64,000 bases of DNA from an uncultured Faecalibacterium sp. (lineage in GTDB: Bacteria; Bacillota; Clostridia; Christensenellales; CAG-917), in NCBI GenBank assembly GCA_964495385.1, contig CAZBVO010000008.1:62-64061 (forward strand), in the 5' to 3' direction. Of the stretch, positions 27,430 to 36,280 are shown piece by piece. Under the pieces are notes generated by a model. The model was not told the DNA's origin and made no database searches. It saw nothing but the letters and a program-made list of their open reading frames with translations. A program made the translations under genes and the position numbers. Position 1 is the stretch's first letter, and each line of letters starts with the position of its first letter.

Positions 27430-29213
27430 AGCGCACCTCCGTCGGCCTTAATGCATTTGACGTTTGACGTGGCTCCGCAGCCGTTGCAGCCCTCACGACA
27501 GTTTCGAGTGGTTTTCCCTTCGTAAGCACGGTGGCGCTCTCTAAGCAAATATTGTTTTCTGACCGTGGTGTCGATAAAATCCCACGGCAAAACTTCGTCT
27601 TCCGAAAATTCACGGGTATAATCTTCGATTTTTATGTCGCAATCGGCAAGGGCTTTAAGCCACAAATTGTAGTCGAAATACTCCGTCCAGCCGTCGAATT
27701 TCGCCCCCAGCTCGAAGGCTCGCACCAAAACTTTGTTGAGTTTTTCGTCGCCTACGGCAAAAACCTCTTCCAAAACGCTGGTCTCGGCGCCGTGATAGCT
27801 GAACGACACGCCCTTGATTTTCTTGAATTCCGCCCTCAACAAATCCTGTTTGTGCGTCATTTCGTCAAAGTTAATTTGCCTCTCCCACTGGAACGGCGTA
27901 ACCGGTTTCGGAATAAACACCGAGCAGCTTACGCCTATCGTTATGTCCTTTTTGTGAACCAACGAAATATAGTGTTCCCTTATCCTTCTTACAAGGTCCA
28001 CCATGCCCAACAAATCCTCGTCGGTTTCCGTCGGAAGCCCCAACATAAAGTAAAATTTCACATGGTTGTAGCCTTTCGAAAAGGCCTCGGTCAGCGCCGA
28101 AAAAATTTCGTCCTCGGTGATGTTTTTGTTGATTACGTCTCTAAGCCTTTGCGTGCCGGCCTCCGGCGCAAATGTGAGACTGTTCATCCTGGTCTGCAAA
28201 GCAAACGCGCCCTCGAAACTGTTGAGCCTCAGGCTCGGAAGCGCAAGTCGGATATGCCTGTCCTTAATAAAATCCTGCAAGCCGTTTATAAGCGGCAGAA
28301 GCTGGGTGTAATCGCCCGTCGAAAGGCTTGAAAGGCTCATTTCGTCAAAGCCGGTGTTGGCCAGCATTTCCTTGGCATTGGCCAAACTTTTGGCCGCACT
28401 GCGCTCCCTTATCGAGCGATAGTAAAAGCCTGCCTGGCAAAATCTGCAGCCCGAAGCGCAACCTCTGTAAAGTTCCAACACGGCCCTGTCATGCACGATT
28501 TCGATGTTTGAAACAAGCGGTTTGACAGGATAAAATGCGTTTTCGAAATCTTTGACAACCGCTTTCTTTACGGTTTCACCCTTTTTAAAATGTTGCGGAA
28601 CGTACAACCCCTCAACGTTTTTGAGGTTTTCGAGAATTTGCGACTTGGTCAAATTTTTCTTTTTGCCGTCCCTCACGACCTCCATAAGTTCAACCAGCAT
28701 GCCTTCGCCTTCGCCGATTTCGATTACGTCAAAAAATTCCTTAAAAGGCTCGGGGTTGACCGTGCACGGACCGCCGGCAATCATGATAGGATACTCGTCG
28801 CCTCTGTCCTTTGCGTAAAAAGGAATACCGGCAAGGTCGAACATATACAAAATATTGCTGTACAAAAGTTCGTACTGCACGCTGAAGCCCACAACGTCAA
28901 AATCCAAAAAACTTTTTTTGGTCTCGAGGCTGAACAGCGGAATGTTTTCCTCTTTCAGTTTTTTTCCGAAATCGGGCCAAGGGGCATAGCACCTTTCGGC
29001 CGTAAATTGCGGTTTGGAATTAATAAGTTGGTAAAGTATGCTGAGGCCGAGATTGCTCATGCCTATTTCGTAAACGTCGGGAAAGCACAACAGCAAATTT
29101 GCCTCGTACGGCTTGTTCATGTCGGGAGTGTTGTACTCGCCGCCCGTATAGCGTGCCGGCTTTTCGACCGACAGCAAAATTTTGTTAAGTTTTTTTTGTG
29201 TGACTAAATCCAT
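27426..29213 (-). CDS. B12-binding-like radical SAM protein (TIGR03960 family)
   Basis: VEKPARYTGGE, FPDVYEIGMSNLG, CxxxCxxC RGCASGCRFCQAG, FAPEAGTQRLR. Confidence 0.92.
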   Translation of the reverse strand: MDLVTQKKLNKILLSVEKPARYTGGEYNTPDMNKPYEANLLLCFPDVYEIGMSNLGLSILYQLINSKPQFTAERCYAPWPDFGKKLKEENIPLFSLETKKSFLDFDVVGFSVQYELLYSNILYMFDLAGIPFYAKDRGDEYPIMIAGGPCTVNPEPFKEFFDVIEIGEGEGMLVELMEVVRDGKKKNLTKSQILENLKNVEGLYVPQHFKKGETVKKAVVKDFENAFYPVKPLVSNIEIVHDRAVLELYRGCASGCRFCQAGFYYRSIRERSAAKSLANAKEMLANTGFDEMSLSSLSTGDYTQLLPLINGLQDFIKDRHIRLALPSLRLNSFEGAFALQTRMNSLTFAPEAGTQRLRDVINKNITEDEIFSALTEAFSKGYNHVKFYFMLGLPTETDEDLLGMVDLVRRIREHYISLVHKKDITIGVSCSVFIPKPVTPFQWERQINFDEMTHKQDLLRAEFKKIKGVSFSYHGAETSVLEEVFAVGDEKLNKVLVRAFELGAKFDGWTEYFDYNLWLKALADCDIKIEDYTREFSEDEVLPWDFIDTTVRKQYLLRERHRAYEGKTTRNCREGCNGCGATSNVKCIKADGGAL

Positions 29214-29214
29214 T

Positions 29215-30171
29215 TTATTTGTTCATCGTAAGAGTTGCCGCACCCAAGATGCCGGCATCGTTACCGAGCGTTGCGGCCGTTATTTTGGTTTTAGGGCTGT
29301 ATTTTGTAGCAAACGAATGTTGTGTAACGTAGCGTTGCAAAGGTTTAAGCAACGGATCGCCGGCCATGCTCACGCCACCGCCCATAATGATGACCTTCGG
29401 TCTGAAAACGTTGACAAGGTTCACAAGGCCGTCGCCGACGTAGGAAACGTATTTTTTCAGGACGCGTTTTGCAACCGGGCAATCCTTTTTGACGGCATCG
29501 AAAACGGTTTTGCCGCTGACGTCCCCTTCTTCGGCAGCGGTTTTTGCCAAAACGCTGTCGGGATTTTTTGCGATGGCCGCCTCAACCTGCCTGATAAGCG
29601 CAGATGCCGAGGCATAAGCTTCCCAGCAACCGCGTCTGCCGCATCCGCATTTTTCGCCGCCGCACTTGATGACGGTGTGTCCGCCCTCGGTGCCTGCTCC
29701 GCCAACGCCCTCAAAAAGCTTTCCGCCGACGTAAAAGCCTGTGCCGACGCCCGTGCCGAGAGTAACCGTTATGCTGTCCGAAACGCCGTTGCCGCCGCCC
29801 CAAACCGCCTCGCCCAAGGCCGCGCAGTTTGCGTCGTTGCTGATGCGAATAGGAAATTTATATTGAAACCTTGCCGAAAGTTTGGCAACCAACGGAGTGC
29901 CTTTAAAGTTGATGTTCGGGGCAAAACGTACGTTGCCTTTTTCGCCGTCAACAGTCCCCGGCACGCCGATGCCGACGCCCGACAGTTGATATTCGTGCAA
30001 GCCGCCGTTTTCCAGAAGCGACGAAATAAGTTTGTGAATGTCGTCTATTATGACGTCCTCCGACTCCGTCGGACGTGTTATTATCGATTGTTTCAAAAGC
30101 AGTTTGCCGTTTTCGTCGACAAGTCCGCCCTTTATGCTCATGCCGCCGATGTCGATACCGATATAGTACAT
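29215..30171 (-). CDS. ROK-family sugar kinase (glucokinase-like)
   Basis: IGIDIGG, NDANCAALGE, LGTGVG, EGGH..CGCGRRGCWE. Confidence 0.93.
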   Translation of the reverse strand: MYYIGIDIGGMSIKGGLVDENGKLLLKQSIITRPTESEDVIIDDIHKLISSLLENGGLHEYQLSGVGIGVPGTVDGEKGNVRFAPNINFKGTPLVAKLSARFQYKFPIRISNDANCAALGEAVWGGGNGVSDSITVTLGTGVGTGFYVGGKLFEGVGGAGTEGGHTVIKCGGEKCGCGRRGCWEAYASASALIRQVEAAIAKNPDSVLAKTAAEEGDVSGKTVFDAVKKDCPVAKRVLKKYVSYVGDGLVNLVNVFRPKVIIMGGGVSMAGDPLLKPLQRYVTQHSFATKYSPKTKITAATLGNDAGILGAATLTMNK

Positions 30172-30261
30172 GGCTTCCTCCTAAATTTAAAAGAAATATA
30201 TATTTATTTTAAAATACTTCGCAAAAATTGTCAAGTGAGCGACATACACTTGAACATTTTA

Positions 30262-30290
30262 ACATATTTTCACACCGCGGCGAATACTAT
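30262..30290 (+). promoter_or_regulatory. sigmaE-like sporulation promoter
   Basis: ACATATT-14-AATACTAT matches the sigmaE consensus (ATA-type -35, 14-nt spacer, CATACA-T-type -10) upstream of spoIVF-like genes. Confidence 0.55.
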
Positions 30291-30318
30291 TTACAAACTA
30301 AACAAAAAAGGAGCGCCT

Positions 30319-30552
30319 ATGTTCACCGAAAACGGCTATCAGCCTAACACAAACATTCCCAACGATTACGTCGTTTATCAAACCAAACCGCAAAGAAAAC
30401 GTACACGAAAAAGCAAGTCGAAATCACCGTCCGACAAACTGGATTTGTTTATTCTGCCGCTTATCGGCGCATGTGCCGTCAGCCTTGCTTACCTTGTGTG
30501 GCAAGCAGTATCCAACACGGCGGTTATCTCGGCAATAGCAGGTTTATTGTAA
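30319..30552 (+). CDS. 77-aa single-TM protein in the spoIVFA position
   Basis: AAGGAG RBS, MFTENGYQPN..RKRTRKSKSK + hydrophobic helix; in the ORF track only as the tail of 29182..30552. Confidence 0.7.
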   Translation: MFTENGYQPNTNIPNDYVVYQTKPQRKRTRKSKSKSPSDKLDLFILPLIGACAVSLAYLVWQAVSNTAVISAIAGLL

Positions 30553-30577
30553 GTTTTTGCAACTTAAAATCGGTTTT

Positions 30578-31426
30578 ATGCCAAAATTTAAAATCCATCC
30601 TGCTTTTTTAATCCTCGGCGCGATTCTCGCCTTAACAGGCAAATTCGCCGAGGCTTTGGCAAGCATTTCGGCAGTTTTGCTGCACGAGGCAGCACACGCC
30701 GTCGCTTCGGGAGCAAGAGGCTATCAAACGGGCAAAATCACGCTTTTGCCCTACGGCGCCGCCTTAAACGTCTCGGACGACGTCGACGACACCTCGCTTG
30801 TCATCATCGCCGCCGCAGGCCCTGCGGCAAACTTCCTGACTTGCCTGCTCACGGTAAGCGTTTGGTGGATTTTCCCCGCAACGTACGTTTTGACAAAACC
30901 GTTTTACACCGCAAACCTCACTATCGGGCTGTTCAATCTGTTGCCCGCCTATCCCTTGGACGGCGCGCGAATCGTATTGGGTATGTCCAAGCGGCCGCAC
31001 CGTGCCTTAAAGCGTCTAAAAGTGGTCGGAATTGCAATTTCGGCCGTGTTGACGGCTGTTTTTGTAGTTCTTGCCGCAAACAAAAACGTCAATTTAACTT
31101 TGGGAATTATGGGTGTGTTTTTGTTTGTGGGGGCGGTAAAAGGGCAAAATAAAGAGACTGCTTCACTTTTACTGAAAAGCAATCCCCTTGCAAAAAATTT
31201 CGTCGGCGGAGTTAAGGAAGAAACCTATCACCTTTCCTCGGACGCAACGCTTCGCCGAGCCGTTCTTTTGACCAACTCGGAAAAAATCACCAAATTTGTT
31301 GTCGAAGGAGGCGGCAAGTCAACCGTCTTGACCGAAGCGGAACTTTTTGCCGAACTGAAACGGCACAAACTCGGCGATTCGCTTGCCGACGTCATTTCCG
31401 CCCGACAAAATGACCTACACTCCTGA
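30578..31426 (+). CDS. SpoIVFB-like site-2 protease (M50)
   Basis: KIHP, HEAAH, LLPYGA, AAAGP, FNLLPAYPLDG; 3' end overlaps minE by 35 nt. Confidence 0.85.
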   Translation: MPKFKIHPAFLILGAILALTGKFAEALASISAVLLHEAAHAVASGARGYQTGKITLLPYGAALNVSDDVDDTSLVIIAAAGPAANFLTCLLTVSVWWIFPATYVLTKPFYTANLTIGLFNLLPAYPLDGARIVLGMSKRPHRALKRLKVVGIAISAVLTAVFVVLAANKNVNLTLGIMGVFLFVGAVKGQNKETASLLLKSNPLAKNFVGGVKEETYHLSSDATLRRAVLLTNSEKITKFVVEGGGKSTVLTEAELFAELKRHKLGDSLADVISARQNDLHS

Positions 31427-31637
31427 TGCGGTCCGCTTCTAAGTGCATTTCAAACAAATAGCTGCCCCTTTCGGCCGTAAGATCAACCTCCAAACTTTGA
31501 GGAACGATGTCGAAGTAATCCGACAAAACTTCCTCCAATCGGCTTTTAAGCAGTTCGCAAAAATCCGCAGGCACAACCGCTTTGTCCGAAATCAAAACCG
31601 AGCGCAAACGTTCCCTCGCGTTTTCCCTGTTGCTCAT
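31392..31637 (-). CDS. minE: Cell division topological specificity factor MinE
   Basis: ARERLRSVLISD N-terminus, VLSDYFDI; downstream of minD. Confidence 0.85.
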   Translation of the reverse strand: MSNRENARERLRSVLISDKAVVPADFCELLKSRLEEVLSDYFDIVPQSLEVDLTAERGSYLFEMHLEADRIRSVGHFVGRK

Positions 31638-31646
31638 TTTTACCTC

Positions 31647-32432
31647 CTAAAAAACCTTTTTCTTTTTTATAAATCCGAACAATCCACGGTTTCGGCAATT
31701 GTCGTCGTACAAAACGGTCCGGCCGCTCTGCAAGCCCGTTGCAATCAGCCTAAAAGCTTTTGACGTAGCCGCCCCCTTCGGTAAGCGGTCGACTCCCGAA
31801 TAAAGCGTTACCGCATCGTCCTCGGGCAAAACCCCTGCGGCCTTACATCTCAGCAACCGACAGACGTCCTCGGTGTTCATCATTTCGCCTTTCATAACCA
31901 TATCGCCCCTGAGGCGGTTTACGATGATTTTTATGCTTTCCAAAGGATATCCTTCCAACAAATTCAAAACCTTGTCGGCATCTCTTATTGCCGAAACGGT
32001 GGGCGTAGTAACAACCAACGCCTCGGTGGCCGAACTTACCGCCCTGTGAAAGCCGCCCTCGATGCCTGCCGGGCAATCGATAAGAACGTACTCGAAACTT
32101 TCGGCCAACGAATTTACGACGTTTGAAAACGACTGCGGCGTCAGTTCAGGAGCATCGGACAGCTTGGAACTCGGCAAAACGTACAGCAGCGGATTGCATC
32201 TGTCCTGAACCAGCGCCTGACGCAGGCGACATTTGCCCCTCACTACGTCCAAAATGTCGTACACCACAAGATTTTCGACGCACATCACCACGTCCAAATT
32301 GTTTAAGCCTATGTCGGCATCCACCATGCAGACCTTATGCCCCATGTCGGCCAAAGCAATCCCCAACCCCGAAGTCACCGTGGTTTTCCCGACACCGCCC
32401 TTACCGGAAGTTACAACTATTTTTCGCCCCAT
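31647..32432 (-). CDS. minD: Septum site-determining ATPase MinD
   Basis: SGKGGVGKTT, DADIGLNNLD, IDCPAGIE, SAIRDADK, C-terminal GLFGFIKK amphipathic helix. Confidence 0.95.
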   Translation of the reverse strand: MGRKIVVTSGKGGVGKTTVTSGLGIALADMGHKVCMVDADIGLNNLDVVMCVENLVVYDILDVVRGKCRLRQALVQDRCNPLLYVLPSSKLSDAPELTPQSFSNVVNSLAESFEYVLIDCPAGIEGGFHRAVSSATEALVVTTPTVSAIRDADKVLNLLEGYPLESIKIIVNRLRGDMVMKGEMMNTEDVCRLLRCKAAGVLPEDDAVTLYSGVDRLPKGAATSKAFRLIATGLQSGRTVLYDDNCRNRGLFGFIKKKKVF

Positions 32433-32530
32433 ATTTTACCTCCGACGGCAATTATATCACGTCTCCGTGCAACTTATTTTTTGAATTTTTGGGTTTTAAT
32501 GACTTTGTCTGCCGCTTTTTGGCACAAAAT

Positions 32531-32555
32531 AAAACGGCAGATTCCTCTGCCGTTT
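32531..32555. terminator. Hairpin terminator after mreB-like gene
   Basis: AAAACGGCAG-ATTCCT-CTGCCGTTT. Confidence 0.75.
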
Positions 32556-32592
32556 AAGTCAAAATTTACGATTAAACTGTCAAAATGTCGGA

Positions 32593-33603
32593 TTAGATGT
32601 TCTTGGACAAATTGAGCATGGTTCTAAGTGCCCTCTCGCCGTCCTCAACCAAACTGCCTCCGCCCAAAGCAACCGCTTCGGTAACGTCGGTCAAAACGGT
32701 TACAGGCAAACCTATGCGCACGCTGATATACTCGGCAAGCCCCGGAAGCTTTGCACTTCCGCCTGACAAAAACACGCCCTTCTTTTTGATTTCGGCCGCA
32801 AGCTCCGGCGGACTCATGTTTATAACGTTGTTTATCACGTCCACCAATCCGTCAACTGCCGGCATAAGCGCAACCTTAACGTCCTTTGCATTTGCTTCGA
32901 CGGTTTTCGGTTCGCCGTTTAGGCGGTCCCGTCCGCCGATTGCGGCACCGTTGATGTCGTTGTCATACATGCTGCCCACGTCGCACTTAAGCTTTTCGGC
33001 AGTATAGTCGCCGATTTTCAAGCCGTATTTGTCGGCAATGTGGTCGATGATTTTGGAATTGAACATATTGCCGCCGATGTTGACCGAGCTACCCACGGCG
33101 ATGCCTCGTCTGGTAACACTGCAAACCTCGGCAGTGCCTCCGCCTATATCGACAAATATGCCTCCGACGCTGTTTGTGTATTGCAACAGCGCAAGCGAAC
33201 TTTCGGCAAGCATAACTTCCTTAACCCCGGCGGCAAGCACTACAGTTTCGATAGCTCGACGCTCAACCACCGTTAGGCCGCAACTTATAAGCACCAGCGC
33301 TTTTATAGTTGGGTTGACAAACAATCTGTCCGGAACAACCTTTTTTACAAAAGATTTAAGCATCATTCCCGCCGCTTCCTGATGAACGACCACGCCTTCT
33401 TTTATAGGATAAACCACCTGAGCATTGCCAAGCGAACCGTAAAGCGCATTTACGGCGTCGTGACCGGTTTCGGTAAGTTCCAATTTGTTTTTCTTTTTGA
33501 CGGCAATGGCCACGGAAGGCTCCTTCAAAACTATGCCTTTGCCTTTTTGATAAATGGTAATATTGGACGATCCGAAGTCGATCGCAAGTTCCACAATACC
33601 CAT
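32593..33603 (-). CDS. MreB/Mbl-family actin-like protein (divergent)
   Basis: AIDFGSSN, EPSVA, PIKEGV, VDIGGGT, LSGGSAKLPGL; GGAGG RBS before ATG 33603. Confidence 0.88.
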   Translation of the reverse strand: MGIVELAIDFGSSNITIYQKGKGIVLKEPSVAIAVKKKNKLELTETGHDAVNALYGSLGNAQVVYPIKEGVVVHQEAAGMMLKSFVKKVVPDRLFVNPTIKALVLISCGLTVVERRAIETVVLAAGVKEVMLAESSLALLQYTNSVGGIFVDIGGGTAEVCSVTRRGIAVGSSVNIGGNMFNSKIIDHIADKYGLKIGDYTAEKLKCDVGSMYDNDINGAAIGGRDRLNGEPKTVEANAKDVKVALMPAVDGLVDVINNVINMSPPELAAEIKKKGVFLSGGSAKLPGLAEYISVRIGLPVTVLTDVTEAVALGGGSLVEDGERALRTMLNLSKNI

Positions 33604-33604
33604 T

Positions 33605-34159
33605 TCAATCCTCCTCGTCGGCGACAAACCTTTCAAGTGCCGACTTAAGTTTTTCGGTCGGAAGCCCCATAACGTTGTCAAAGCTTCCTTTGTACGTTTC
33701 AACTGTCACGCCGTCCTGAATGCCGTAAGCGCCGGCTTTGTCCAGCGGATTTTTGGTTTGAATATAGTTTTCGATTTCGTCGTCGGAAAGTTTTTTAAGC
33801 TTAACTTGCGACTTGTCGTAAAAACAAACAGTTTTGTCTTTTGACCTCAAGCAAACGCCGGTATAAACCGAATGCCACTTTCCACCAAGCGTTTTGAGCA
33901 TTTCAAATGCTTCTTCTGCGGTTTTAGGCTTCAAAAAGAACCTGCCTGCCATATACACGACAGTATCTGCGCCGACAACGATTTGCCCGTTTTCGGCCTC
34001 GACGGCCTCGGCCTTTTTGCGTGCGTTGGTCATAACCGTTCTGGCCGGACAATTTTTGATTACGGTTTCGTCGGCCGCTACCGACACCGCCGTAAAATCG
34101 TCTGAGACCTTTTTAAGCAGTTCACGCCTTCTCGGAGACGCCGATTGCAAAATAAGCAT
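33605..34159 (-). CDS. maf: Maf nucleoside triphosphate pyrophosphatase
   Basis: LQSASPRRRELL, GADTVV, DKAGAYGIQ, NVMGLP. Confidence 0.93.
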   Translation of the reverse strand: MLILQSASPRRRELLKKVSDDFTAVSVAADETVIKNCPARTVMTNARKKAEAVEAENGQIVVGADTVVYMAGRFFLKPKTAEEAFEMLKTLGGKWHSVYTGVCLRSKDKTVCFYDKSQVKLKKLSDDEIENYIQTKNPLDKAGAYGIQDGVTVETYKGSFDNVMGLPTEKLKSALERFVADEED

Positions 34160-35673
34160 CAGAGTATCTCGAGGTTTTTGCCGTATGCGCGACGGAATTC
34201 GTTCGAGCAAGAAAGCGCATCCTTAATTTCAAGGCTTGCATCGCCTTCGGTTTCGGTTTTCATGATTACGCTGTCGCCCAAAACGTCGCAATTGATGCCG
34301 GTGATAAGGCCGCTCATGCTTCTGTCGAAGCTTTCGGCAATGCGCAAAATTACGCTGAGTTTTCTGATTGCAACCACGTCCTCATCCGTCAACATAACAC
34401 GGTATTTGACAAACTCGACGTCGTTAAACTCGTTCTTTCTGTGTCCGCCGGCAACCATGCTGGCCATAACCAAATCCTTATGACTGATGCCGTAAAGGTT
34501 GCTGTTTAAGATGATATAGCTTGAATGTTTGTGATGGTCGTAGTATTTGATGCGCATTCCGCTGTCGTGCAAAAGCGTTGCGACGCGCAAAACTTTGATG
34601 TAGCATCTCGGAAGTTTGTGCAGCACTTTAAGTTGCTTAAACAATTGCATGCTGAGGTTGTAAACGTGCTCGGCGTGCGGAATGTTGATGTCGAAGTAGC
34701 GCATCAACGTTTGCAGGCTGTGTCCGAGGATGTCGGAAAGCGGTTTTTCGTCGGTGGACGGCACGGCGTGATGGAACATTGCGCCCTCTCTGAGTCCGCA
34801 ACCCGAAACGGTGATTTTGTCAAAATGCATATAATCGACAACCGCTTTAATAACGGCCAAAGCCGTCGGGAAGGTATCGCCTCTGCCGCTGGACAAGCCT
34901 TTTATGCGTGCTACGGTGTCCGGTTGAAGCACTTTGATGGTGTCGTACATTTGGCAGAACTCGTCAACAGGCATCTGGTAGTTGTGCATCATATCGAAAG
35001 GATATTTTTTGATGATGCGGCTTATGCGGCCGAGGTTGCGGAAGTTTCCGCCGACGCCGACAAACTGAACGTCCGGCTCCACCTGTTTAAGCCATTCGAT
35101 GCGATCGAGATGCTCGTTAATGAACTCGACAACCCTCTGGCTTTTTTCCGCCGGAGTCAAATCGTCGTTTTTAAAGAGGTCGGTCAGCGTCACGCTTCCG
35201 AACTGCAAAGTCTCGCTGGCCAAAATGTTTTTGCGGCTGTAGTAAATAAACTGCGTGCTTCCGCCGCCGACGTGCATAATAAAGCCTTTAGGAATGTCCA
35301 AGCTGTTGATGACGCCCTGATAAACAAGCGATGCCTGTTCTTCCTTTGTCAGCACCTGAAGTTTGAAACCGCAGGACACGTAAACCTCGTCCAAAAAACT
35401 CTTTTGGTTTTTGGCACGTCTGACCGCACTGGTGGCGTAGGCATAAATTTTTTCGATTCCGTTTGCATCGCAAAGTCTGCGGAACATTTTAAGCGTTTTG
35501 ATGGTTTGAGCAATGCGTTGCGGCTTCAAAAAGCCGTCCCACTCCATATCTTGCGCAAGGCGCACCGTTTCTTTGAGTTCGTCGAATACGACAAAATATC
35601 CTCCGTCCAAAATGTTCACAAGCACCATGCGTGCCGAATTGCTGCCGAGATCGATTATGGCGATTTTTTCCAT
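34159..35673 (-). CDS. ppx: Ppx/GppA exopolyphosphatase with HD domain
   Basis: IIDLGSNSARM, ATSAVR.A.N, GGGST, GLREG, LLHDSG. Confidence 0.92.
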   Translation of the reverse strand: MEKIAIIDLGSNSARMVLVNILDGGYFVVFDELKETVRLAQDMEWDGFLKPQRIAQTIKTLKMFRRLCDANGIEKIYAYATSAVRRAKNQKSFLDEVYVSCGFKLQVLTKEEQASLVYQGVINSLDIPKGFIMHVGGGSTQFIYYSRKNILASETLQFGSVTLTDLFKNDDLTPAEKSQRVVEFINEHLDRIEWLKQVEPDVQFVGVGGNFRNLGRISRIIKKYPFDMMHNYQMPVDEFCQMYDTIKVLQPDTVARIKGLSSGRGDTFPTALAVIKAVVDYMHFDKITVSGCGLREGAMFHHAVPSTDEKPLSDILGHSLQTLMRYFDINIPHAEHVYNLSMQLFKQLKVLHKLPRCYIKVLRVATLLHDSGMRIKYYDHHKHSSYIILNSNLYGISHKDLVMASMVAGGHRKNEFNDVEFVKYRVMLTDEDVVAIRKLSVILRIAESFDRSMSGLITGINCDVLGDSVIMKTETEGDASLEIKDALSCSNEFRRAYGKNLEIL

Positions 35674-35787
35674 TTGTTACTCCTTATTGTCACCGCAAAG
35701 GCGGCCCTGTTGTTTTTTATAGAATTCCCCGTTCACAGGCATATTATATCACCGAATTTCCCTTTTGTGAAGAGGGGTTTTGCAAAT

Positions 35788-36279
35788 TTAATTGGTTTTT
35801 TGGGCATTTTCCACTTCTTTTTCAAGCTTGTCCAGATACCTTACGACGTAATCTTTCAACCTGTCCATCACCGCATAGTAGCGTTCGATGTCCTTGTAAA
35901 GCCACGGATCGGGCACCTCGGTATACTTTCCGTCGACAAGTTCGGAAATCGTGGTAAACTTTTTGTGCCACCAAAACGGAACAAACGGCTTGTTGAGTTT
36001 GCTCATGCCCACAATGACGTCCGCATCTTTAAAGCGTCCCGGCCTAAACCACTTGAAGGCAGGCCTGTGCCGAGAAATCTCATCGTCCGAAAAGCCCTCC
36101 CTTTTCAGCGCTTTTCTGGCTTTGGGATGAATGGCAATGCTCGGATTTAAAACGGCGGCCGATTTAACCCACTCGACTTTGCCCCGAAGCAGAGGTCTGT
36201 TCTCGAGTTCCCGACGCATCACGTATTCGCAAAACGGACTGCGGCAAATGTTGGAACTGCACACAAAAAGTATTTTCAT
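35788..36279 (-). CDS. Low-molecular-weight protein tyrosine phosphatase-like
   Basis: ILFVCSSNICRSP P-loop, VPDPW. Confidence 0.88.
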   Translation of the reverse strand: MKILFVCSSNICRSPFCEYVMRRELENRPLLRGKVEWVKSAAVLNPSIAIHPKARKALKREGFSDDEISRHRPAFKWFRPGRFKDADVIVGMSKLNKPFVPFWWHKKFTTISELVDGKYTEVPDPWLYKDIERYYAVMDRLKDYVVRYLDKLEKEVENAQKTN

Positions 36280-36280
36280 T

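Noticed and set aside
29182-30318. 456-aa plus-strand ORF
   Set aside because: Antisense to the ROK kinase; only the last 77 codons have an RBS and look like a real gene.
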